From NCBI GenBank assembly GCA_965247095.1, contig OZ251997.1, positions 4,544,001 through 4,608,000 of the forward strand: a stretch of DNA of 64,000 bases, written 5' to 3'. Origin of the DNA: Candidatus Multivorans sp. (lineage in GTDB: Bacteria > Acidobacteriota > Thermoanaerobaculia > Multivoradales > Multivoraceae). Of the stretch, positions 21,530-31,717 are shown piece after piece (the first letter of the stretch is position 1; each line of letters opens with the position of its first letter). The translations under genes were made by a program, and so were the position numbers. The notes under the pieces were generated by a model, which worked only from the letters and a program-made list of their open reading frames with translations, searched no databases and was not told where the DNA came from.

Positions 21530-22366
21530 TTACATAAGGATCGCGCTTCGGAGTAGCTCGTCCTTGCGCTGCCAGCGGTCATTGAGCCATTCCTGGACGC
21601 GCTCGGGCGCCACCTCCGTGATCGGGACGGTCTCCCACGCGACGCTCACCGGCCCCGCCGCGCCGCCGAGGAACTCCCAGAACGAAACCGTCCGCGGGTA
21701 GGCGAGGGTCAGGTCGACGATCGTGCCGCCGGCTGGGGCCAGCGCCTCGATCATGGCGGCGAGGCCGCCGGCCCTGGGCGGAAGCACGTGGTCATACGGT
21801 CCGCTTCCGGCTTCGCGCTTGGCCTCCGTGAACCGCGTCCCCTCGGCGAAGGAGAGGATCGCGGCAGGCGAGTCGATCAGGGCAGCGGAGGCTTCGCTGA
21901 CCCGGCGGCGGTCGTCGTCCCGGCGGTTCGCCGGGTTGCCTCCCCGGCGCGCGCGGCGCCGGAGGACCGGGAAGTCGAAGGCAAGGATGATGACGCCGAA
22001 GATCGGTACGTAGAGGAGCTCGCGCTTGCCGAGGAACTTGACGATCGGACCGTTCGTTGCGACGACACTCTGGACGATCAGGATGTCAGCCCAGGATCGG
22101 TGGTTGGCAAGGACGATGTGCGGTCGGGCCGGGTCGAGAGTCAGCTCCTCGAAGTTCCACGAAGCGCCCGAGATGTGCCGGAGCAGCGCGTTGTCGATGC
22201 GCACCGTTCTCCGGTAGATGCGGTTGGACAGGCGGCGGAACCAGGATCGCGTGCGCCGCGGCGCCTTGGCCGGCAGCAGGAGCAGCAGCAGAAGGGCACA
22301 GAAGGCCACGTTCAGCGTGATGGCGGCGAGGCAGGTCGCGGCCGTCAGGTGGCGCGAGAGCGTCAA
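21530..22366 (-). CDS. 1-acyl-sn-glycerol-3-phosphate acyltransferase-family protein
   Basis: NHRSWAD, FLGKREL, FAEGTRF acyltransferase motifs; start approximate. Confidence 0.85.
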   Translation of the reverse strand: MTLSRHLTAATCLAAITLNVAFCALLLLLLLPAKAPRRTRSWFRRLSNRIYRRTVRIDNALLRHISGASWNFEELTLDPARPHIVLANHRSWADILIVQSVVATNGPIVKFLGKRELLYVPIFGVIILAFDFPVLRRRARRGGNPANRRDDDRRRVSEASAALIDSPAAILSFAEGTRFTEAKREAGSGPYDHVLPPRAGGLAAMIEALAPAGGTIVDLTLAYPRTVSFWEFLGGAAGPVSVAWETVPITEVAPERVQEWLNDRWQRKDELLRSAILM

Positions 22367-22539
22367 GTCCGGTGCGGCGGCCAGAGCAGCAGGGAGTTCG
22401 TGCGCCGGACGTAGTCCTGATAGCCGGGATCGTCGCGCCAGCGGCGGTTCGCTCGGGCGAAGAGGGCGCCTGCGGGCAGGCCGGCTGCGATGCCAAGGAA
22501 GGGAAGGGCTTTCGGCATGGGGCGAACCTAGCAGCCGCT

Positions 22540-22640
22540 CCTGGGAACCCGGGTGGCGCGATCCGCGCCACCCGCGAACCACTCCGTGTGCCCGTCATCG
22601 GACACACGGATGGAACGCGGGCATCCTGCCCGCATCCGGC
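22540..22640 (+). repeat. REP-like cluster (variant copies)
   Basis: CCTGGGAAC foot plus an 11-bp-stem hairpin (22550-22574), and GGAACGCGGGCATCCTGCCCGCATCCGGC at 22612-22640. Confidence 0.7.
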
Positions 22641-22675
22641 GCGAAGCGCCGGCCTTCTGGCCGGCATCCGGACCC

Positions 22676-23041
22676 TCAGTACGGCATATCGTCGTCGCCC
22701 AGCCCGAAGTGGTGCCCCAACTCGTGGACCAGGGTGTCGCGCACCTCGCGCACTACGTCGTCTTCGGTGTCGCAGATCCACAGGATCGGCAGACGGTAGA
22801 TCACGACGCGGTCGGGCAGGGAGCTGTAGCCGCTGCCTCGCTCGTCGAGCGGTACGCCGTGGTAGAGCCCCAGCAGGTCGTCCTCTTCCGGGTCCAGGCC
22901 GACGAGGCGCAGATCCTCCTCGCTCGGTTCCTCCTCGACCACGACCGCGATGTTGTCGAGCAGGTCGGCGAAGGCCCGCGGCAACGTGTCCAGGGCTCGG
23001 CTCAGCAGCCGCTCGAACCGCGGCAGGTCGACCTTGATCAT
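22676..23041 (-). CDS. Minimal zincin metallopeptidase (DUF1025-like)
   Basis: LLGLYHG.PL..R, PDRVVIYR.PI, HELGHHFG. Confidence 0.9.
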   Translation of the reverse strand: MIKVDLPRFERLLSRALDTLPRAFADLLDNIAVVVEEEPSEEDLRLVGLDPEEDDLLGLYHGVPLDERGSGYSSLPDRVVIYRLPILWICDTEDDVVREVRDTLVHELGHHFGLGDDDMPY

Positions 23042-23122
23042 GGGCGGTGCGTAGTTTCCATGTGTCGCTGCGGCCGACCGGGGTGCTGTTAGGGTCCGCC
23101 GAACCGCGAACTGAGCGATTCC

Positions 23123-24265
23123 GTGACCGACCCGCGACGATACTTGACCGACGACCCGTTCGAACCCGGGGCCGCCGCAAAGAGCGCCCTGACCTTCCAC
23201 GAACTGGTCGTGGCGGCCCGCCGGAAGCTGAACCGGGAAGTCTGGGACTACCTGGTCGGCGGCGCCGAGACGGAAACGTCGGTCAAGCGCAACCGGCAGG
23301 CGCTGGACTCGGTGGCGTTCCGGCCGCGCGTGCTGACCGATGTGTCCGAGGTCGATGCCGGCGGCTCGCTGCTCGGCAACGACCTTCGGATTCCCGTGAT
23401 CCTGGCGCCCATCGGCTCGTTGCAGTTGTTCGAGGCCGGCGGCGGCGCCACGGCCGCGAAGGCGGCCGAGGACTTCGGGATCATGAACTTCGTCAGTTCG
23501 GTGTGTCTTCCCGGACTCGAGGGCTCCGCGGAGGCCTCCGATTCAGCCAAGGTGTACCAGCTCTATCTCGCCGACGACGAAGACTGGATGCGGGGACTGA
23601 TCCGCCGGGTGCAGAGCGCGGGCTACGACGGTTTCTGTCTCACGGTCGATACCCAGGTTTACAGCCGGCGCGAACGGGACATTCTGAAGCGGTGGCGCCC
23701 GCCATCGGTGGGCGAGTCGACGGTCCGGGTCGCGCCGCTGAACTACCAGGCCCGGATGACCTGGGACCTGGTCAAGCGGATCAAGGACGAGTTCGACATC
23801 CCCCTGATCCTCAAGGGCATCGCCACCGCGGAGGACGCGGGGTTGGCCTGCGAGCACGGTGTCGACGTGGTCTACGTCTCGAACCACGGCGGCCGGCAAC
23901 TCGACCACGGCCGCGGCGCCCTCGAGACCCTCCCCGAGGTCGTGAAGGAAGTCGACGGCCGTACCCAGGTCGTCGTCGACGGAGGCTTCCTGCGCGGCAC
24001 CGACGTGGTCAAGGCAAAGATCCTCGGCGCCGACGCCGTTGGCATCGGCCGCCTCGAGTGCATCGCCATGGCCGCCGGCGGCCGCGAGGGCGTCGTGCGG
24101 ATGCTCCGCATCCTCGAACACGAGATCGTCACCTGCCTCGGCCTGCTCGGCGTCCGCAATTGGGACCAACTCGACGCCTCCTACCTCCACCGCGCCCTCC
24201 CGGTCGATCCCCCCGGCGTCCTCAGCGCCCTGCCGTTCCTGGACCTCGACTACCCTTACCCCTGA
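23123..24265 (+). CDS. FMN-dependent alpha-hydroxy acid oxidase/dehydrogenase
   Basis: FRPRVL, LTVD, LKGI, VSNHGGRQLD, DGGFLRGTDVVKA. Confidence 0.93.
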   Translation: MTDPRRYLTDDPFEPGAAAKSALTFHELVVAARRKLNREVWDYLVGGAETETSVKRNRQALDSVAFRPRVLTDVSEVDAGGSLLGNDLRIPVILAPIGSLQLFEAGGGATAAKAAEDFGIMNFVSSVCLPGLEGSAEASDSAKVYQLYLADDEDWMRGLIRRVQSAGYDGFCLTVDTQVYSRRERDILKRWRPPSVGESTVRVAPLNYQARMTWDLVKRIKDEFDIPLILKGIATAEDAGLACEHGVDVVYVSNHGGRQLDHGRGALETLPEVVKEVDGRTQVVVDGGFLRGTDVVKAKILGADAVGIGRLECIAMAAGGREGVVRMLRILEHEIVTCLGLLGVRNWDQLDASYLHRALPVDPPGVLSALPFLDLDYPYP

Positions 24266-24520
24266 GTCGGCGGCACGGCGGCGGCGGCGCCTCGCCCGAT
24301 ATAGCCTCCGGGTAAATCTGCGCAGGTTCGCTTGCGCAGCCCGCCGCGAGCAGCAGGGACGTCGCGACATGCGCGACAACCGCGACCAGGGCGACGGCGA
24401 GGCGATTTCGCCCCGGGGAAGGCCGCGGAGGTTCCCAAGGCGCGGCTGTGCGTCTACTGGAACACTTGCCGGTAGTGCGCACTAAAGAGGCCCCGCGCTC
24501 GCGGAGGTTTCCCGCACCGG

Positions 24521-24965
24521 CTACCGGCGCTTCCGGGACGCTTCGCGCCGACACTCCCGGGAGCAGTACAGGAACCGCTCGCCTGGCCGGGTCCTTGCGG
24601 GCACGTCGAACATCTTCTCGCAGTTGCGGCAGGCGCGCTGTCCCGTATGCTCCTCCAACTCGTCCTCGATCACCTCTCTGAGCGTCCGGTCGTCTCTGAG
24701 CGTCCGGTCGTCCGGGGCGTCGCTTCCATCCTCCGGAGGTTCGTCGGCTGTCCAGCGGCCGTCAGCGAGACGGTAGGGCGTCCATCCGGCGTTGTCCACC
24801 AGGTTACGGTCATTGCTGCTCAGGCGTTGCCGCCACCTCGGATCCGGCTCAGCGCCGCATCTGCGGCAGGCGACGCCCAGCTTGCCGCCGCACTTCGGGG
24901 TCGGGCAGGTGCCGCAGTCTCGGTCGTCGCGGACTACGCGGGCGTGATGCGGGGGGGGCAGTCAC
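24521..24965 (-). CDS. Cys-rich hypothetical (zinc-finger-like) protein; probable GTG start is out of frame across a G8 tract
   Basis: Open frame contains CGTC..PKC, CRRC, CRNC and CSREC; removing one base from the G8 run at 24951-24958 puts GTG 24965 in frame. Confidence 0.5.
24675..24712. repeat. 18-bp tandem duplication
   Basis: TCTCTGAGCGTCCGGTCG twice; encodes DDRTLR twice on the minus strand. Confidence 0.85.
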
Positions 24966-25033
24966 CTGTCCAAATTTAGCAGGGCCCAAATGACCGCCAT
25001 AAAGGGACGAAAAGGCGTGCTCGCGCAGGCGGG

Positions 25034-25075
25034 TTCCCGCAGTTTCCGCTTCAGCGCTCTCGTGAAGCTGGCCAC
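25034..25075 (-). pseudogene. Truncated HicA-like toxin remnant
   Basis: GTG overlaps the upstream TAG; MASFTRALKRKLRE resembles HicA N-termini but the catalytic G.H region is absent. Confidence 0.45.
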
Positions 25076-25320
25076 TATCCGGCGAGGCGGATCGTCTCCA
25101 GTCTGCTCGACGTCATCCGGAGCGGAATCACTTCCAGGGCCGGTTCACCGAAGAGATGCCGGTTCAGCTCGTACAGCTCAGGCACCAGCGCGCGGATCCT
25201 CTTCACCAGGTCGCGCTCCGACGGCGCCTCGGCGGCTAGGCCGGGGAAATCCGTGTCCGAGACGTACCAGACGCCTGCTTCTTCGTCCCAGGAAATCTCA
25301 GCGAAGTAGCTATGGTCCAT
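25075..25320 (-). CDS. DUF1902 (HicB-like) antitoxin
   Basis: WDEEAGVWY...PGL..EA...LV..I...VPEL.ELN signature; GGAGG SD. Confidence 0.85.
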   Translation of the reverse strand: MDHSYFAEISWDEEAGVWYVSDTDFPGLAAEAPSERDLVKRIRALVPELYELNRHLFGEPALEVIPLRMTSSRLETIRLAG

Positions 25321-25441
25321 GCCCCCTCCCGGTTGCCGCTCGGCCGCGCGAAGGACATTATGCCCTAGGTCTGCTTCGTCGCGGTGGGCCTGGCCCTCTC
25401 CTCTCGCGCCGCTTTCGCGGGACCCAGGCTCTGTTCCCGTG

Positions 25442-26458
25442 CTACTGCGTTGGATCGGCGCTGATCTGAACCACCATCTTGCCGGTGTTGTCGCCGCGGA
25501 AGAGGCCCATGAACGCTTCGGGGGCGTTTTCGAGGCCGGAGACGATGGTTTCGCGGTAGGTGACCTTGCCCTCGGCGATCCAGGTTGAGACGTCGCGTAC
25601 GAAGTCGGCGCGGCGGTCCAGGTGGTCCGAGACGATGAAGCCCTGCATCTTGAGACGCTTGGGGATGATCGAGATGAGCGTCCTGGGGCCGGGCCTGGGT
25701 TCCTTGTCGTTGTACTGCGAGATCATCCCGCAGACCGGAATGCGGCCGAACATGTTCATGTGCAGGAACACGGCTTCGAGCGTCGGGCCGCCGACGTTCT
25801 CGAAGTAGACGTCGATGCCGTCCGGGCAGGTCTCGCTCAAGGATCGGTTCAGGTCGCTGTGGTAGTCGAACGCGGCGTCGTAGCCGAGGTCCGAGACGAG
25901 GTGGGCGACCTTGTCCGCCGAGCCGGCGCTGCCGACGGCCCGGCAACCCTTGATCTTGGCGATCTGGCCCACAAGACTGCCGACGGCGCCCGCCGCGGCC
26001 GAGACGAACACCGTTTCGCCATCCTTCGGTTCGCCGATGTCGAGCAGACCGACGTAGGCGGTCATGCCCGGCATGCCGAGCACTCCGAGGAACGCGGAGA
26101 GGGGAGCGCCGTGGGTGTCGATCTTCTGCAGCTCCGCTGCGGGAGCGGCGAAGTGGCTGCGCCAGCCGAAGCGGCTCGACACCAGGTCGCCGGGCGCCAG
26201 GGCGTCCGAGTTCGACTCCTCGACGACCCCCACCGCGCCGCCGTCGAGCGCGGCGCCGATCTGGAACGGCGGCGTGTAGGACTGGATGTCCCGCATGCGG
26301 CCTCGCATGTAGGGATCGACCGACATGTAGACGTTGCGCACCAACGCTTGGCCGGGGCCGGCGCTTGGCATGCCGGTTTCGGCCAGTTCGAAGTTCGCGG
26401 ATTCCGGCTCGCCGGCGGGGCGCGAGGCGAGACGGACTTCCAGACTGCGGTTGCTCAC
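25442..26458 (-). CDS. NADP-dependent oxidoreductase (CurA/prostaglandin reductase family)
   Basis: LASRP.GEP, SVDPYMRGRM, LGMPGMTAY.GL, VSAAAGAVG, YFENVGG, CGMISQYN. Confidence 0.94.
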   Translation of the reverse strand: MSNRSLEVRLASRPAGEPESANFELAETGMPSAGPGQALVRNVYMSVDPYMRGRMRDIQSYTPPFQIGAALDGGAVGVVEESNSDALAPGDLVSSRFGWRSHFAAPAAELQKIDTHGAPLSAFLGVLGMPGMTAYVGLLDIGEPKDGETVFVSAAAGAVGSLVGQIAKIKGCRAVGSAGSADKVAHLVSDLGYDAAFDYHSDLNRSLSETCPDGIDVYFENVGGPTLEAVFLHMNMFGRIPVCGMISQYNDKEPRPGPRTLISIIPKRLKMQGFIVSDHLDRRADFVRDVSTWIAEGKVTYRETIVSGLENAPEAFMGLFRGDNTGKMVVQISADPTQ

Positions 26459-26481
26459 CTTCTCTCTTTCCTCCGAACTGG

Positions 26482-27795
26482 TCAGTCGACGATCGCCTGG
26501 TAGGCCAGGTTGCGGAACTCAGTGCCGTACGGCAGGCCGGTGTGGGGGAGGATCTGGATCATGAACACGCCGACCATCTCCTCTTCGGGGTCGATCCAGA
26601 ACCGGGTGCCGGCGGCGCCGCCCCAACTGTACTCGCCGACGGAGCCGTAGGCGCCGTTCATGCCCGGGCTCTCGTTGACCCGGAAGGTGAGGCCGAAGCC
26701 GTCGCCGGGCCCCAGGAGCTGGCCTGCGCGCGGCATGTCGCCGATGTGGTCGCTGCCGAGCAGTTCGACCGACTTCGGGCTCAGCATCCGGCCGCCTTCG
26801 TACTCCCCGCCGTCGAGCAGCATCTGGATCATCCGGAAGTAGTCGGTCGTGGTCGAAACCAGGCCGGCGCCGCCGTAGAAGATCTTCGGCTTGGTCAGGT
26901 AGGAGTTCTGCGGCGGTGCGTTCGAGCGGGTGATCTTCCCGTCGCCCGCCTCGCGGTCGAGCGTGTAGAGCACGGCCAGCCGGTCCTCAGTGCCCGGGCG
27001 CACGTAGAACGCGGTGTCGTTCATGCCCAGCGGCTTGAAGATCTCCTCCTCCAGGAAGACGTCGAACGTCTTGCCCGAGATCACCTCGACCAGGCGTCCC
27101 AGGACATCCATGCTGAGGCCGTAGCGCCAGACCGTGCCGGGGTGATCGTGGACGGGCGCCTGACCCAGCTTCTCCACGAACTCCTCCAGGGTCTGGTCGC
27201 GGTTGCGGACTCCGAGTTCGGCGTAGTACGAACCGCCTTGGGCATTGCGCGGCCCGCCGTAGCTGATTCCGGCGGTGTGGGTCAGCAGATCCTGGACCGT
27301 CATGTCGCGGTTCGAGGGCACGAGCTCCAGGCTCGGGTCCCCGGTTCCCGGGTCGACGCTCCATTCGGCGACCTTCTGATCGCCGAGAGCGGGGATCCAC
27401 TTCGAGGCCGGGGTGCGGAGGGAGAAGCCGTACTTCTCGTGCAGGATCATGACGGCGACGCCGGTAACCGCCTTGCTCATCGAGTAGATGCGAAAGAGCG
27501 CGTCCTTGGGCATCGGCGCCTTGGACTCGAGGTCGCGGTAGCCGTAGGTGTTGAAGTACGCGATCTCGCCGCGGCGGGCGATCAGGCCCGTGGCGCCGGC
27601 GATCTTCCCCGCCTCGATGTAGCCGTTCATCACTGCGTCGATGCGGGCGAGGCGTTCGGCCGAGAGACCGACCTGTTCCGGCTTCGTGACCGTGACGGTC
27701 GCGTCGGCGGCAGCTAGCGCCGGAGCGGCGCCGAGGGTCAGCGTAAGTAGCAGGGCCGCGATCGAGCGGCAGGTCGGGATCAGGCGTCGAGTCAT
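26482..27795 (-). CDS. Secreted serine hydrolase (class C beta-lactamase/esterase family)
   Basis: Signal peptide; FRIYSMSK (SxxK), LLTHTAG, W.Y, WGGAAGT. Confidence 0.92.
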   Translation of the reverse strand: MTRRLIPTCRSIAALLLTLTLGAAPALAAADATVTVTKPEQVGLSAERLARIDAVMNGYIEAGKIAGATGLIARRGEIAYFNTYGYRDLESKAPMPKDALFRIYSMSKAVTGVAVMILHEKYGFSLRTPASKWIPALGDQKVAEWSVDPGTGDPSLELVPSNRDMTVQDLLTHTAGISYGGPRNAQGGSYYAELGVRNRDQTLEEFVEKLGQAPVHDHPGTVWRYGLSMDVLGRLVEVISGKTFDVFLEEEIFKPLGMNDTAFYVRPGTEDRLAVLYTLDREAGDGKITRSNAPPQNSYLTKPKIFYGGAGLVSTTTDYFRMIQMLLDGGEYEGGRMLSPKSVELLGSDHIGDMPRAGQLLGPGDGFGLTFRVNESPGMNGAYGSVGEYSWGGAAGTRFWIDPEEEMVGVFMIQILPHTGLPYGTEFRNLAYQAIVD

Positions 27796-27980
27796 CGGCG
27801 TGTCTCCTGCGGGAACGGTCGTGTCGATTACGGGTGGCGGCGACATGGTACCTGCTGCGTCCCACGGTGTGTGCGCGCGATGCGCGCGCTGCTACAGTGT
27901 TTCGCGCTCCACGTTCCCTTGAATCGCGAGAAGCTGGATGGGCGGCTTCGGCCCGTACCGGCATAGAGGAGGTCGTTCAG

Positions 27981-29396
27981 ATGCCGGTACCGATCCCACC
28001 GCTGCGCGAGGAGAACCTCCCGGAACGAAAGCTGTCCTTCTGGCAGCTCGCCGGGCCGGGCGCGATCATGGTCGGCCTCGCGATCGGCGCCGGCGAACTC
28101 GCGGTGTGGCCGTGGGTGACCGCGAAGTTCGGCACGGTCATGTTGTGGGCGGCGGCCCTGGGCGTCTTCCTCCAGCTCTGGATCAACATCGAGATCGGCC
28201 GCTGGGCGGTGGTCACGGGCGAGCACCCGTACACCTCGTACGCCCGGATGTCGATGACCGTCATCTACGCCTTCCTCACTCTGGGCTTCGTCGGCCTGTT
28301 CCTGCCGGGGTGGGCGAGGATGTCGGGCGCGGCGCTCAAGGCCCTGATCTTCGGCCCCGACGGTCCGGGGCCCGAGTGGTTCTGGACCGCGGTCACGTTC
28401 GGGTTCATCGCGCTCATCCTGTTCGGGCCCAAGCAGATGTACAAGGCGGTCGAGCGGGCGATCGGGATCATGGTGCTGGTGATCACGGTCGGCCTGATCT
28501 ACGTCGCCTTCTCGGTCGGCACCTGGGACGCGGTCAAGGAGATGGGGCGGGGTCTCGTCAACTTCGGCCACATCGAGCTGGACGACGAGTTCACCTTCGC
28601 CCGCTTCTTCGGCGCGGTCGTCTTTGCCGGCATCGGCGGCACCGGCAACCTCTTCTACGCCTTCTACCTGCGGGACAAGAACATCGGCATGGGGAAGCGC
28701 ATCCCGGTGCTGGCCAACCCGCTCCGTCAGCACGGGACAGCAACGGTCCAGTCCGGCTACACGTACCGGGAGAGCCCCGAGAACGCGAGCCGGTTCAAGC
28801 GCTGGATGCGCTACGTGATCCAGGACCAGGTCGTCTTCTTCTGGATCGGGAACACCTTCACCATGTTCCTGTTCATGTTCGGGGCGCTGGCCGTTCTCCG
28901 TCCGGCCGGAATCGTTCCGGCCGAAGGTCAGATCGTCTGGGACATGTCGATCATCCTGGAATCGAGCCTCGGCACCCCCGGCCGCTACGTGTTCCTGCTC
29001 ATCGGTATGGCGGCGCTGTTCAGTTCCCAGCTCGGCGCCGTCGACGGCGGCGCCCGCACCTGGTCCTACCTGCTCGGCTCCATGTTCAAGTTTGGCAGGA
29101 AGCGCACCCAGAGCCAGTGGTACCTGACCTTCGCGATCATGTTCATGGTCGCCGGCACCGCCTCGACCGCGTTCTTCGAACTCAGCGGCGTGTCGGCGCT
29201 CGGCTTCATCTTCAACGCCGCACTGCTGGGCGGCTTCGCGATGGCGATATACGTACCGCTGACGCTGTGGGTGAACCTCACGAAGCTGCCGAAGTCAGCC
29301 CGGCCGAAGGCGCTGAACATCGTGATGATGGTCATCGCCTCCGGCGTCTACGTGTCCTTCACCCTGTTCACGATCTGGACCCTGATCTTCGGCTGA
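27981..29396 (+). CDS. Nramp-like (APC-fold) transporter
   Basis: GPGAIMVGLAIGAGE TM1 motif, EIGRW, about 11 TM helices; GAGG SD. Confidence 0.8.
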   Translation: MPVPIPPLREENLPERKLSFWQLAGPGAIMVGLAIGAGELAVWPWVTAKFGTVMLWAAALGVFLQLWINIEIGRWAVVTGEHPYTSYARMSMTVIYAFLTLGFVGLFLPGWARMSGAALKALIFGPDGPGPEWFWTAVTFGFIALILFGPKQMYKAVERAIGIMVLVITVGLIYVAFSVGTWDAVKEMGRGLVNFGHIELDDEFTFARFFGAVVFAGIGGTGNLFYAFYLRDKNIGMGKRIPVLANPLRQHGTATVQSGYTYRESPENASRFKRWMRYVIQDQVVFFWIGNTFTMFLFMFGALAVLRPAGIVPAEGQIVWDMSIILESSLGTPGRYVFLLIGMAALFSSQLGAVDGGARTWSYLLGSMFKFGRKRTQSQWYLTFAIMFMVAGTASTAFFELSGVSALGFIFNAALLGGFAMAIYVPLTLWVNLTKLPKSARPKALNIVMMVIASGVYVSFTLFTIWTLIFG

Positions 29397-29459
29397 TCGG
29401 CTGCCGCTGGACTGGTATCGTCTTGTCAGCGAGGATCGAGCCAAATGGCGGGGAACCGA

Positions 29460-29720
29460 ATGACGGACTGGCAGAAATGCTCTGAGGTAGAGCGGCACCC
29501 GGAGAAGCTAAGCGGCGCTTGGGTTTTTCGGGGCACGCGTGTTCCCGTAGCCACGCTGTTCGAGAACATCAGGGATGGAGCGTCCGTGGAGCAGTTCCTG
29601 GACTGGTTTCCAGGAGTGGGAGCGGCAAGCGTCGAGGCCGTCCTTGACTTCGAGGTCAGATCGTTGGCGGAGGGCAGCCCGCCCGATTCTTCGGGGGATG
29701 TCGCAACCGCCATCCCGTAG
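29460..29720 (+). CDS. DUF433 antitoxin-like protein (orphan)
   Basis: VERHPEKLSGAWVFRGTRVPV..LFEN...G. Confidence 0.88.
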   Translation: MTDWQKCSEVERHPEKLSGAWVFRGTRVPVATLFENIRDGASVEQFLDWFPGVGAASVEAVLDFEVRSLAEGSPPDSSGDVATAIP

Positions 29721-29773
29721 CGATAGGCGCGCAGCACGCGCTGCAGGCGGCTCAAGGCTTCGGGCAACTCTGG

Positions 29774-31274
29774 CTACGCCGCCTGCGGCTTTGGTTGCTC
29801 TCGGAAGCCTGGTCCGTGCCGCTCCCGGTCGACTACAGCCTGCAGATGGGGTGGCGGCTTCCACAGGCATTCCATCACGTAGCGCAGGTCCATCGGTCTT
29901 CCGTCCCAGGCCGGCATCGACTCTCGGCCGGTGACGAGAAGGCCGGCGTCTTCCAGGTCTCGAACGAGATCCTCGCATGGGTACGGACCGACGGGTGAGG
30001 GCGCGGGACTTTCTTGGAGTGGCCGTCCGCGAGGATGGAAGAACTGCACGGCGCCATCAGCCCCCATCCGCACCTCGAAGCCGCCTTCGTGCAGCAGACG
30101 GTGGTGCCGGCGACACAGAAGCACCAGGTTCGAGAGCTTCGTTTCGCCGCCATCCGCCCAGTGATGGACATGGTGCGCGTCGCAGTGCCGGGAAGTGCAG
30201 CCCGGGAACCGGCATCCGCGATCCCTGAACTCCAGAGCCCGGCGGATCGGAGGTGGAATGGTGCGGGTCTTGCGGCCGACGCTCAGGATCTCGCCGTTGC
30301 GGTGGCTCATTCGTAACTTGCCCGCGTCGCAGGCGATCCGCCGGGCTGTTTCCGCGGAAACAGGGACGTGAGAGTCACCAAGCCAAGCGCCGTTGACCTG
30401 CGGCGTTTCCGCGGAAACACCGGCGTCAACTGCTTCCGCGGAAACTGCGCCCTCGGCCGCTTCCGCGGAAACGCGGGCGTTGGCTGCTTCCGCGGAAACA
30501 TGAACCGGTACACCGTCCACCATCGATCCGTCCTCGCGACGCCTCAATTCCTCTTCGTTCACATGGACGACGACTTGGTAGCGCCCGCCGCTTGAACCCG
30601 GATCGAGCCCGCCCGCGAGCGCGCTCTCGGCCACCAGTGCGAGAGCATCGGCCCGCAGCTTGCCTGCCGGGGGACGGTCCGTCTTTGTCCCTCGCACCGC
30701 GGTTCTCGTCGTACAGCTTCTCGCTCGCCGCGTCGAGCGCCTTCGTCAGCACCTCGCCGACCTCGGGCGCCAGCCGTCCGCGGATAACGAACATGCCGTT
30801 CTCGTCGATGTGGGTGGAGAAGTGGCTTGCGGCGTCGCGCAGTTCGTCGTGGCGGGTTTCAATGGTGCGGTCGGCCCGCCGCCACGCTCTGACTACTCGT
30901 TCGATGTGCGTCGCGGTGCTGGCCCTCCCGAGCTCCACCAGTGACTTCTCCGTGTCGGGCCTGGCGATCCGCGTGAGCGCTCTGACCTTCGAGTAGGAGA
31001 GCTTGCCCCGCTGCATCGCCTCGCTCATCAGTGGCAGTTCGCCGAGCGCCCGGGCCACCCGCACCCGCTCCCGAGCCGCGCTGGGCGCGAGCCCGATGCG
31101 CCAGGTGAGCCAGTGGGCGCAACTCAGGAAGCCGTTGCTCCAGCCTTCCTGTTCGTCGAACTTGCGAATCAGTACGAGCAACTCATAGGTCGCGGCGTCA
31201 ATGCGCGCGGCTAGAGTTGCAATCTTCTCGCGCAGTCGTTCCTTGGGATTCGTGTCGGTGTGTTTATCAATCAT
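29774..31274 (-). CDS. DUF222 + HNH endonuclease (13E12-like), frameshifted near 30690
   Basis: SCAHWL.WR...ARE.VRVARAL, SYSKVRALTR, RRIACDA, RDRGCRFPGC...HHVHHWADGGET..SNLVLLCRRHH..LH. Confidence 0.88.
30346..30500. repeat. Array of five palindromic TTCCGCGGAA(AC) units inside the HNH gene
   Basis: Cores start at 30350, 30407, 30434, 30461 and 30488 (the last four at an exact 27-bp period); each encodes VSAE. Confidence 0.9.
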
Positions 31275-31717
31275 TTCAAAGCCTATGTCGCGATCGTTTG
31301 GTACGGTATCGGAAGGCCAGGGGGCAGCTTCGTGCGCCCAGGCCGAAGGAGCCATTCTAGCATCATTGCTTACGAATCTCAAGGTGCTGAGGCGGTGACG
31401 AGAGAGGAGTTCCCGGTGGCCGCGACGGTTGATCTCGCCTTCGGCGGCAGGGGGTGGAGCCGAGTGAATCCACGAAGTTGATCCTCATTGGCTCGGACAA
31501 GTAGGGTTCCGGCGTGATCCCGGCCCAGAAACTCACGGCGGCAGTCGAGACGTCCTCTCCGATCTCCGGCGCCTACGGGCATCGGGCGGGGCAACCGAGC
31601 TACGTACCGCTCGCGAACTTGTTGACGCCGGTCGTGCCGTCCGCGAAGCCGTCGTCAGGGAGCATTCCGGCTTCTGGAAAGACGATGCGACGTGCTTGCG
31701 GAGCGAGGGAACCGACC

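Noticed and set aside
21486-21538. AT-rich patch upstream of lon resembling HspR HAIR operators
   Set aside because: Only half-sites (CTTAAGT, CTGAGT, ACATAAG) match; the spacing and partner halves do not fit CTTGAGT-N7-ACTCAAG well enough
26482-27795. Beta-lactam resistance gene
   Set aside because: The motifs fit the broad family VIII esterase/serine hydrolase group; there is no specific evidence for AmpC activity
30346-30500. Possible mini-CRISPR array
   Set aside because: Repeats (10-14 bp) and spacers (about 13-17 bp) are too short, the array is in frame within a CDS, and there are no cas genes; kept as a coding palindromic repeat
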